Positions 41,083-52,240 of a stretch of DNA of 64,000 nt are shown here, piece by piece. The stretch covers positions 74,462,001-74,526,000 of the forward strand of contig NC_043007.1 of the NCBI RefSeq assembly GCF_006345805.1. The letters are read 5' to 3'. Numbering within the stretch: position 1 is the first letter of the stretch; every line of letters begins with the position of its first letter. The notes below the pieces were generated by a model that was not told the origin of the DNA, made no database searches, and saw only the letters and a program-made list of their open reading frames with translations. This DNA comes from Octopus sinensis. Taxonomy: Eukaryota. The position numbers and the translations under genes were made by a program.

Positions 41083-41323
41083 TTGGGGAAATTTTGAACC
41101 TAGGTTCTCATTCCTAAGGTATTTTTCGTTGTTGTTATTATTATTATTATGATCATCATCATCATTCAGGTCACTGCCTGGAATCAAACTAGGAATCATG
41201 GGGTTAGTAACCTGTGCTCTTAACCCCAAGATTCCTAGTTTGATTCCAAGCAGTGACCTGAATAATAATAATAACATTGAAAAATACCTTCGGAATGAGA
41301 ACCTAGGTTCGAAATTTCCCCAA

Positions 41324-41370
41324 GACACCTGATGAAAGCTGGAGGGTATATATCAGCCGAAACTGTTAGC
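41324..41370 (+). ncRNA. Degenerate hammerhead, family C, right arm
   Basis: CTGATGA 41329-41335 and GAAA 41359-41362 retained; cgttgtgtt reduced to ctgtt, so the cleavage triplet and stem I are damaged. Confidence 0.5.
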
Positions 41371-42612
41371 AACAAACAAGATGAGGACCAATAACTGTCA
41401 AATGTAAATAATGTGTATGTATATTTGTCTGTATCGGTAACTGGCTCCTATGTTGGATGAATCTCATCCAATATGGAAGGTTTGGAAAGTTGCAAAATTT
41501 CTACGTTGGTGGCATTAATTGTTAATCCACAAATAAGGAGTATCTACCAAATGCAGTGTTGAGCACTTGTTTTCACTGTTTACCACTATTGTACATCTAT
41601 ATAGATAGAGGGAAGAGACAGGCTGTTGGTTTGTTAGTGACTGGAAAATGTTATGGCCAAAACATTAGATGAGTTTCTTTTCAATACAATCTTTAGTTTA
41701 TGTGTAAGCATATCTGTCATGTAAGTGGCAACTGTTTGGAGCTAGTGTATTTTCTAACTTTGAAAATCAAGCATAGGTTTTTGAGAAACAGTTTTAATTA
41801 GTTCTGGAGAGTGTTGATGTTTGAGAAGAGTTTGAGACTTTTAAGGGTGTGTGTCCTTGCCCATCACCACTTGACAACCAATGTTGGTTTGTCTATGTTT
41901 CCATGATTTAATGCTATGGCAAAGAGACCAGTAGAATCAGTACCAGACTTGCAAAATACTGGGGTCGATTCCTTCAGCTAAACCTCTCAAGGCAGTGCTC
42001 CAGCATGGCCACAGTGCAATTACTGAAACAAGTGTAAAAAAAAAAATTGAAGAAATTTCCAAAAGAAGGGAGCATTTAATTTCAGCAAGTTGTTGCTGAA
42101 TGAATTGTATGGATGGCATAGGGGAAACTTGTGTGGTTATGAAGAAGCATTTAAGTAATTAAATACACGAAGAAATGAAAAAGTGTGAAGTCCTAACATG
42201 TATTTATATCAAACTACTTGTTTACTTGTTAGACAGGTTATTAGTTATGACTGCTGTTTATCAACTGTAAGAATGATGTAATTGTATGAGGACGGTGTAG
42301 ATATGAAGCTGACCAAATGAGTCATCATAAGAGTTATTAAAGCAAAGACAAGATGAAGAGGAAAATCTATTTGCTCCGGAGAGAGAGAAGTTGTGTGAGT
42401 TGAGTTTGAAGTGACAGAAAGATTTTTATAAAAAGAGAAAAGATTTGGAGAGTGAGAGTGTTATATATATTGCATTAAAATTGATAGATTGGACATGGGA
42501 GAAAATGTTACTAATGTACATAAATGAATTATTTACATCTGTATACATATTTCTGTGTTGTGTTGTGTTTATATGGATTAATTCTTCAAGTTCATATCAA
42601 TTTGGTTGTCTT

Positions 42613-42694
42613 GGCAACATTTGAAAATTAAGGAATAAATTGTTAGAATTCATGGCAGCATTTGAAAATTAAGGAATAAATTGTTAGAATTCAT
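42613..42694 (+). repeat. 41-bp tandem duplication
   Basis: ggca(a/g)catttgaaaattaaggaataaattgttagaattcat x2. Confidence 0.9.
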
Positions 42695-43134
42695 AATTTA
42701 TTATCAAGGAATAATGTTTTTGTCAAGAAGTCTTTGGTCTGATAGAGATAGCACTGCTGCTGTTGCACAGTTTTCCTTGTCTCCTGTGCATGAGGATATT
42801 AACGACCATTAATATCAAATTCCTCAAGTTGTTGGCTCCTTTTTTATTGAGCATATTTTTGATATGCATTTGATTATTTCCATCAGCATGCTATATCTAA
42901 ACTTTCTTTGTGTTATGCAATAAACAAAAGATCAAGTATTTCCATTGCAACACTTCACAGCCTGAGACTTCTTGTTTAAGCACATTTTGTACGAGATACA
43001 TTTGCACTAAAAGCATCTTTATAGAACATCATCTTTTACTTATGGTTTTATGTAATAATTAACCTGTGCAATATATGATGTTAGTTCTTGTATTTCCGAA
43101 ACTAGTTACTGTTTTGCCACATTTTAATATTTAT

Positions 43135-43400
43135 GTAGTGGCCTAGCAGTTACGGTGTTGCACTCATGATCTCTAGATCCTGGGCTCAATTCCTGGGCCA
43201 AGTAGTGCATTGTGTTTTTGAGCAAAACACTTCATTTCATATTGCTCCAGTCCAGTCCACTCAGTTGTAAATGGGTGACCCTGCAATTGACTAGCTTTTT
43301 GATCAGGGGGAAGGTGGGCCTGCTTGCTTGCATAGCCAGCAGGGTGGCATCATTTGAAAGGTAAAATGATGCAAGGCACATTGTGACTAGTGGCATATAA
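43135..43400 (+). mobile_element. tRNA-derived V/CORE-like SINE; other copies ~793-980 (+), 15150-15345 (-), 23215-23436 (-), 32930-33195 (-), 37300-37605 (-), 46115-46290 (+)
   Basis: gtggcctagcagtta...ctcaattcc head; ttgagcaaaacactt...ctccagtccactcag...gtaaatgggt domain. Confidence 0.65.
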
Positions 43401-45448
43401 CAAGACCTGATTGTCTGGTCAATCACAATAATGTGATTAAGTACTAAGAGTACAAGGTAATTAAAGAGCATTATTAGGAGGAAAGATAAATAGCAAACAC
43501 TCAAGGAAGTTCTAAGGCAAACTGGTTTGATAACCTCAAGGACTGGACTAAACTATCTTTCGGTGATTGTGTATGAAGGCTGAGAAAAGACTCAAATGAT
43601 ATTGAACATGCTGAGAGTAAATAACACCTGATAATAATAAACTAAACAAAACTAAGCGTTGTACATTAACCTAAGTAACAAGATAAAATATTTTCTTTTA
43701 AAAACGTTAATTCACTTTAGTGGTTCAAATAGTTTAGAATATTTAAATTTATTAATAATACTACATTGGTAGATTTAATTTTTTTCTTAGACCATCATGT
43801 TTCAGAATTTAATATTAATTGTTGCATATTACTTTACAGTTAAGAATCTTTGTGATTTCAATTGCAACTCACCATCCTCATTTAAGGTTCTTGTTCTATG
43901 CTGGCATGACTTGGATGGTTTGATATAAACTGATGAACAGTAGGCTGCACTAAGCTCCACTTGTCTGTTTTAGCATGGTTTCTGCAGCTGGATGCCCTTC
44001 CTAATGCCAACCATTTTACAGAGTGTACTGGGTGCTTTTTTCATGGCCCCATCACTGGTGATATCATTGAGTACCCATATGACAAAACCTCAACTCTGTG
44101 GGGTGTAGGACTGAAAGTATGGTGGAGAGACAGGAGCAAGTGTCTTGCTGAAGAGGTGGATACATGTCTTTCCTATCTAGAAAAAGAGAGAGAGAGAGAT
44201 GGTGAGATATTTAAATAAGCTCATTTTTGGAATGTTGCTTACAGACTCTAAATCATTAAATTATCTTGATACAAAAATTTGATGCCATTTCACCTCACAA
44301 TTAGCATGCCTAAATGTGTTCTACATAATATATGGTATACTTTTAAATCTAGTCACATATTTATTTATTTGTAACTATATATTGACTCTATAAATTTCAC
44401 TCTTTCTATAATTAGTTCATATGCAGCATTATGCATTTTGTTTGTTACCTTGAATTTTGCCTCTGGAATAACTGGAAATGTTAACTAATGATAATCGTAG
44501 CAAATTATCTTCAAACAATATATACTTCTAAAATAATGATTTTTATCTCAGAAAAATAGTTACAGAAATCTATTTCTTGTAATGTAGGGTTTTTCGTTTT
44601 TTTCTTCTTTGAAGTCTTTTCTTTTTTGGTTCATCTAAGTTCTGTAACTAATATCTGATATTTGTAATAGCTTCAATTATTAGTAATAATAATTAGTAAA
44701 TATTAATTTATGTGTTCTTAATGCATTACTTACATTTATAAATTATGGTTTTTGGTATTGGCACATAATTTGGAGGAAAAAAAAAACATGTTCATACTCA
44801 GTGAGAATTGAGCCAGGAATGTCTCTAAATACCACAGGTTTTTATTTATTTATTTATTTTTCTCTTCCCCCACCCCGCCTCCGGTACTTTACCTATTTTA
44901 TGATACAACATCTTCTGTATTGACAAATCATAATATTGCTTACCTGCTGTTGTTCCACTCACACATGTTCTCGTTATAGCTTACTTATAACAAATCTTAA
45001 CTGCCATTTTGAGGAATATTAGTTAACTTGATCTCATTCCAGACACCTTGATGTGGACTCAAATGTATGTATGTTTATAGGATAGTATTGTGTGACTAAA
45101 TTTTTTCATTTTTTTTCTATTGATATTTCCATGAGTAAATAGTTTTTGGGGTGTGTTTTTTTCTTGTATTCCTGAGATCCTTTTAGACTTTTGAATATTT
45201 CTAGCTGGGAATTCAAATGTTATAAAAGTTAGCAAACTGTGACAAATGCTTTATATTTGGTGAGTATCAATTTGTATGAGAATTAATCTATAATATTTTG
45301 ACTTATGTCCAAACAAAATATATTTAGATATCTGCTATATGTGTTGCTTTTGTTTCTCTTTTAATATCCTTCCATTTTGCCCTCTTTTGTAAACCTGCAA
45401 AACATTTTTATTATATTGTAAATATTGCAGTAGTTTCTTGCCCTGCAG

Positions 45449-45481
45449 AAGTGACTGAATTGAAGCGCCCTAGCCGAATAG
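45449..45481 (+). CDS. CCDC9: CCDC9-like 33-nt microexon (EVTELKRPSRI)
   Basis: ccctgcag acceptor, tag|gtaggt donor; phase 1-1, open frame. Confidence 0.7.
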
Positions 45482-46599
45482 GTAGGTGTTAATTAAATTT
45501 ATATATTTTTGTCATAACTAATTACACAGTCGTTTAGTTTTCTTTTCAAACAACAATATCACCATCAACATTATCATTACCATTTAACATTCTCTTTGCT
45601 GGCAAGAATTGGATGTTTCAACTGGAACTGGCAAGCTAGAAGACCATGCCAAGCTCCATTGTCAGCTTCTGCATAGTTTCTGTGGCTTGATGCCCTTCTT
45701 AACATCAACCACTTTACAGAGTATCTTGAATGTACATTTATAAATTCCACTTTTAAAATGATAGATTTTTAAAAACTTAATAGCAATCTCATTGAACCTT
45801 TTCAAATTCACAACTACTGGGAGTATTAGTAACTGTTTATTACACAGAACTAAACTCTACTTTAATCTTGTTATAAGTGACATAAAGTTGATAGTGGTGT
45901 AAAGTTTGTGTGTTTTTTTTTAATGTCCATTTTCCCATGCTGGCTTTGGGTTAGACGTATATCTTATTGAAGTTATTATTTTACAGCCAGATTTTCTTCC
46001 TGTCACTAACCCTTAACTGTGTTTCAAATAAGGGATCTTTTATCCCACATGTGTAAGATTATTTTCCTTTGAGAATTTTCTTAGTAAGTTATTTATTTCA
46101 AGTAATCTAGTGAAGGCCTAGTGGTTAGTGTTGCACTCAAAATCTAGTAATCCCAAGTTCAATTTCTGGACTGAGCAGTGCATTATGTTCTTGGGCAAAA
46201 CACTTTATTTCATATTACTTCAGTCCACTGAGTTGTAAATGGGTAATCCTAGCCTTCTGATCAGTAATGTATAACAAACATTCAATAGTCTGGTCAATCA
46301 TGTCATCGTGTGAATCTAGATCTAGCAACACTGAAGTGTCTCATAGCACTGAACAGTTCTTCATTATGGGAGTTACATGGATTCTGTAGAAAGTCAACAA
46401 CTGACTGGCATTTAAGTATTTCTTGGCTCTAAAAAAGAATCAGTTTTTGTGATGCACTTTTGGCAGTATTATACATGGGAGGTGGGGTTATTATTAGAGA
46501 CTGTGTGGCCTAACATTTATTTGTAGCAACTTTGGAACCTCCGTTGTGTTTTATTCTCGATCATGTGAGGTACAAATTGTTTAACATGTGAACATTCAT

Positions 46600-47330
46600 A
46601 ATGATTAAGTGTTTGTGCCATGTAGGAAAGTGACTCAGCTGGTATGTTCCTGTTGAATGTTCCTGTTTGAGGTCTTTGACAAGTGAGTAGAAGGCCAAGG
46701 AGAAGTAAAGCATTCTTTTGTCTGTATAGGAATATGAATTGCTTAGAAGTGACAGCAAGCAGTTGATGAATGTACAGTAAGGAGAGTATAGGAGAGATTA
46801 CTAAGCCTTAGCATTCACCACAGTCAGTAGCAGGTGGTTTTGAAGGAACTCGTTGGGATATGTTGCGATGGTGCAGTCAGACTAGGAACTTCGAATCCTA
46901 GAAAGGAAAGATGAACGCCTCAACTTAGCTTGGAGGTTTTCATGCTGGATATCGTTATGATTTTGGTAATGTTTATTGCTACAACATTGCTTTCAATGAA
47001 GTTATCAAGATGAAGGACCTACTGGTTAGTGACTAAAGAGAGCGAGGCCCCTGCAGATCTGGCTCTATAGAATCATTATGCTGGTCGATGAAGAGGGACA
47101 AATTTAGTGTACTGAAGGAAGAATATTACCATCACTGTTGATATGTTGGAAATGGCTTTGATGCAAAGTCAGAAAGTTTGTACTTTTTAAGGATTGGATA
47201 CATTAATAGCAGATTTCAAAAGATTCAGATATGCTCAGAGGGAAAGAGATAAGAGTTTAGTGGGGATAGAAATTAGCTCTGGAGAGCACTATTTGAAGGT
47301 AATGGAGAGGAGTGCCAGTCATTTAATGGT
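46600..47330 (-). mobile_element. Heavily decayed CR1/L2/Jockey-group LINE RT fragment
   Basis: Minus strand CSPELISIPTKLLSLSL, FYRARSAG, GLVISPILSLLYIHQLL, YSYTDKRMLYFS resemble RT motifs. Confidence 0.65.
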
Positions 47331-47439
47331 TCAGATGATCAGATATTCATTATTAAAACTTTAAAAATGTGGAAAACAGTAGATTTCAGATGTTTTTATT
47401 TGTATTATTTTTTTTTCTCATTTTCTTTTATTGTTTTAG

Positions 47440-49602
47440 GTGAGAAAGCTGATAAAGGAAAGAAGCTGTTGGGTCGAGGCCGTGGAAGAGGTCGTGGTAT
47501 AACAGCACCACCTCGAAGTCGTATCATACCAGCAAATCTTGCTAGTGATTCTCGTAAAGTTGAGTGTACAAGGGATCTGCTTGTTGTAAAGATAGACAAT
47601 GCTCCAGGTGCTCGAGATGATGTAGAAGTTGAATACTCTGATAACGATAATATTGCATTACGGTCAGTCGGTGGTAGTGGAATTGCTTCAGCTAGCATAC
47701 CTATTTCATATGATCAGACATCACATTCTATCGTAAGCTCTCCTTACAGTAAGTCCTGTCCTACATCAGGCTGTGCTCCTGCTGAAAAAATGTGGGATAC
47801 CATACAGGAGAATTCATGGGACCAGTCTCAGATTAACCTGCAAAATGGTGACCACCTTCACTGTGGCAATGATGAGGAAGATGACGACGACGAAGATGAT
47901 GATGATGATGATGATGAAGAGGGTGTTATGCTGGAAGACGAATATATTGAAGATGGAGAGCTTTACAGTGGTATATATGAAGATGCTGAAAATGAAGCCA
48001 ATTATGGTCTTGTACATGGCATGGTGGAAGGTGAGGAATGGGAAGACTGTCCCGATGAGGATGACTATTGCGTTGAAGATGGTCATCTGGTTTATGATAG
48101 CACTGATAAAATACAGGAAAGTCTTCGACTTGACTGTCAGCTAAATCCTGAAGCCCCAGCTTTTGTTCCCACCTCACCAGATTTTTTGAATGCTCCATCA
48201 GAAAATGACAAACCTATCAACCCGGCCTCTATAGAGCAAGCCAAAGAGTCTCTTGTTCAAAACAAGAACAAAAGTGTTCAACCCCCAATTTTGAGTAGCA
48301 GCTCAGCTAAAGAATTTTCCGCTAATACTGTTGACAAAGATGAGGTCCATGAAAATAAAGTATTAAATGACTCTTCCTCCTCCTCCTCCTCCTTAAATCA
48401 AAATCTTTGCAAATCAGATTCTCAGAAAGTTGCTGAGAATCCTGATAAATTGACTAAGACTGATAACGAAGGATTAAATTGCCATGACAAATGTGAAGAT
48501 AAAGCTGATGGTGATGCTGTTGATGAGAGTGATGCTAAACCGGAAAATAGCTCAGAAGCATTTACAAAAAGTTTATCAGATTCAGATAGCCTTGTTCCTG
48601 ATGCAGATATTGAGACCAACAAATTAGAAAAAACTAATTTAGACCCACTGGCAACAAAATCTGATGAAAGTGTTCATAGTCACAATGAACAATCAGCAAA
48701 TAAGGTAGAGAATTCTGATTCTAAAACCAAAGTTACTACAGAAACAGTTAGATCTGAAAATGAACATAATTCTAATGAACAAATAGCTAAAGAAGAAAAT
48801 ATAATTAAGGAAACCGATGTAGTTGATAATAAAGATAGCAAAGAGTTGAAAAGTGAAGATACAGGCAGCAAAGAGTCGAAAAGTGAAGACACAGGCAGCA
48901 AAGAAGTTGCAGCATCAAAAAGTGAAGATAGTGAAAAAACCACAGTGCCAAACCCAGAAACTGATACAAAAACAGAAATTGTTAATGACCAGGCTTCAGT
49001 GTGTAACACTGAAAGCATTGTTAACGAACAGAAAGTAGATGTCAAAATAGAAGACGATATTTGTAAACAAGAATTAGATAAATCCGTTGAACAAAACGTT
49101 AGCACTGAATCAACTGAGTTAAGTGAAAACCTTGAGACCAAAACTAGTGGGGAGACAGATGATAAAGAAGAAAAAGCACCAGTGAAAGAAGACCAGAGTA
49201 AAGCTGATGTTGGAGATAGTTCCGAAAACTGTTCGAATGTTACTTCTGATGCTTCGAAGCAGAGAAATGACAATACTAGCAGAGATGTTTTTTATCCAAC
49301 TGCAGAGGTTTGTGCAGTCACAATCAAAGAAACATTGCAGACTGTCAAAGACGCTGGTGCTTGGAAATTAAGTGTCAAAGATGATATTGAAACAGTATCG
49401 GTGTACAAGAGTTCCAATGAGTCTAATGCCTCTGATTCCAAAACTGAGGGTGTAGCTGCAGCAGGTTCTGTCTCCTCCTCCTCCTCTCAAAATCCGTTGA
49501 AGGAAACTGTTTCTAATAATCTGCCAGACAGCAATAACCAGTCTGTTAATAATGAATGCAATGATCTTCACAAGAGCAGCACGGATGAAAAATCGAAAAC
49601 AG
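47440..49602 (+). CDS. CCDC9: CCDC9-like 2163-nt exon: RG repeat, acidic tract, PAM2-like motif, long D/E/K/S-rich low-complexity tail
   Basis: Pyrimidine tract plus tttag acceptor, cag|gtatta donor; phase 1-1; lies within ORF 47367..50012. Confidence 0.9.
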
Positions 49603-49659
49603 GTATTAAACTTCATTCTTCTACTGTTAACATACATTTTTTTTCACAATCTCTAAGGC

Positions 49660-49830
49660 TACCATATTTACTTGTGTATAAATCACACTATTTTATACTT
49701 GATTTTAACTGGAAAAAACTTGAGGTGCATCTTATACATGGGGCAAAGCTTAAAGCTATGAAGGGATCAAATTTTGTATCAAGATTTAATGCAAAATTAT
49801 GGTTCAACTTATACATGGATAAATACAGTA
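49660..49830. mobile_element. pogo/Tc1-mariner-like MITE
   Basis: Degenerate TIRs taccatatttacttgtgtataa / ttatacatggataaatacagta with TA ends. Confidence 0.6.
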
Positions 49831-50659
49831 ATTTCTTCTGTCTACTTAGAATGTTAATCTTCCATTTGACCATAATACTAGTGAAGCCTGTTGATGTAAA
49901 TATAAAAGATATTTCCAACTTGGCTCTTAACACACTGATTAATTTTCTGTACAAACTGAACCAAATTCATTTCCCTATGAAACCTTTCTGCTTTGAAAAT
50001 ATTGCGAAATAAATGAACATCACAAACTAAGTACTTAAGTAACTACTACTATTATTATTATTATTATTATTATTTCACTGAGGTCAACTTTGCCTTTCAT
50101 CCTTTCATGGTCAATAAATTAAGTTCCAGTTGCGTATGGCAAAATTTGAGACCATAATTTTTTTTGGGTGGTAGTGGTGGTGGTGGGGGGGGGGGGGCAA
50201 TACATGGTTAATGTTGTTCGTAACAATTTGAAACTCCTCTGAACATTTCTCTTTTGTATTTTGTGGACATACCAAAAGAACCTTAATAAGAAGTTTGAAG
50301 ACTGAAAAATTATGATTTCAGGATAAATACTGAATGTATTATTTTGGTCTTCTAACATTTGAAATATATCGAAACATAGGGAACTCTATTTGCTTTTTGG
50401 GTTGTTGTTTTTATATTTTTTTTACTGTTGTTGTTGTTGACGACGGAGAGCTGGCAGAACCGTTAGCACGCCAGGCATAATGCTTTGCGGTATTTCGTCT
50501 ACTGTTGCATTCTGAGTTTAAATCCTGCTGAGGTCAACTTTGCCTTTCATCCTTTCAGGGGCGATGAAATAAGTACCAGTTACGCCTTAGGGTCAATGTA
50601 ATTGACTAGTCCCCTTTTCCCAAAAATTTTTTCAAGGCCTTGTGCCTAGAGTAGAAATT

Positions 50660-52240
50660 CTTTTATTCTTTTACTTGTTTCAGTCATTTGACTGCGGCCA
50701 TGCTGGAGCACCGCCTTTAGCTGAACAAAGCAATCCCAGGACTTATTCTTTGTAAGCCTAGGCCTAGTATTTATTCTTTCAGTCTCTTTTGCGGAACTGC
50801 TAAGTTATGGGGACCTAAACACACCAACATCGGTTGTCAAGCAACAGTAAGAGGGGCAAACACAGACACACACACAAATACATATGTGTGTGTGTGTATG
50901 ACGAGCTTCTTTCAGTTTCCGTCTACCAAATCCACTCACAAGATTTGGTCTGCCAGAGACTATAGTAGAAGGCACTTGCCCAAGGTGTTATGCAGTGGGA
51001 CTGAACCTGGAACCTTGTGATTGGGAAGCCAGCTTCTTACCATGCAAGCACTCCTGCACCTGTTGTTGTTGTTATTATTATTATGTGTGTCATTATTAAT
51101 TATCCTTTCGTTTTCCTGATTAACCGTACATATATAAAATTTACAGATCTAAGAGCTTTCCTTGTGTTGTTTTCAGTTTGGAAGGTTTTGAATTCATAAT
51201 CTGAAAATAGTTCCAAATATTGATAGTTACTATATAGAAGACATATATTAGCCATTCAAAAATACGCAAAAACTATTAACTCCATTTGTTGTAAAAAAAA
51301 AAAGAAAATTTTCATCACACTAATTGCAAACTGTTAATTCCACTTTGTGTCAAAATTTTCATTACACTAATTGCAACCTGGTCACTGACACAATTCCTCA
51401 AGGTTAGTATAATGAAAATTTTGATATGAAATGAAGTTAAGCTTTTGTATGTTTTTGAATGGTTAATATGCATTTTCCATTCTCTTATTCTTTTACTTGT
51501 TTCAACCATTAAACTGCAGCCATGCTGGGGCACCTTCTTGAAGAATTTTAGTCAAACTGTTCAACCCCAGTACATAGGCATAGGAATGGCTGTGTGGTAA
51601 GTAGTTTGCTTACCAACCACATGGTTCCGGGTTCAGTCCCACGGCATGGCACCTTGGGCAAGTGTCTTCTACTATGGCCTCGGGCTGACCAAAGCCTTGT
51701 GAGTGGATTTGGTAGACAGAAACTGAAAGAAGACCATCGTATATATGTGTGTGTGTGTGTATGTTTGTGTGTCTGTGTTTGTCCCCCCAACATCACTTGA
51801 CAACCGGTGCTGGTGTGTTTATGTCCCCGTAACTTAGCGGTTTGACAAAAGAGACCGATAGAATAAGTACTAAGCTTACAAAGAATAAGTCTTGGGATCG
51901 ATTTGCTCGACTAAAAGCGGTGCTCCAGCATGGCCACAGTCAAATGACTGAAACAAGTAAAAGAGTAAAGACTGTTCTATCAGTGTCTTTTGCTGAACTG
52001 TTAAGTTACAAGGACATAAACATATCAACACTTGTTGTCAAGCAGTGGTGGGGGACAAACACAGACACACACTTGCATACAATGGGCTTCTTTCGGTTTC
52101 CACCTACCAAGTCCACTCACAAGGCTTGGTCAGCCTGAGGCTACAGTAGAACACACTTGCCCAAAGTGTCAGGCAGTGGAACTGAACCTGGAAACATGTT
52201 GTTGAGAAGCAGACTTCTTACCACACAGCCATACCTGTGC
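50660..52240. mobile_element. Cluster of CORE-type SINEs: 50660-51060 (-), 51485-51570 (- tail), 51577-51968 (+), 51972-52240 (-)
   Basis: Family similarity; further partial copies at 6543-6720 (+), 20885-21042 (-), 30765-30870 (+), 34060-34226 (-), 41850-42035 (+), 53080-53265 (-). Confidence 0.8.

Larger units (their letters stand above)
40990..41414. mobile_element. Fold-back element (family C): each arm is a tRNA-like head remnant + (AAT)n + hammerhead-like motif
   Basis: About 210-bp inverted arms around a loop at ~41207-41220; B-box-like tagtttgattcc in both arms. Confidence 0.8.

Noticed and set aside
47367-47439. ATG start of the 881-aa ORF
   Set aside because: Translates the intronic pyrimidine tract; the true exon starts at 47440
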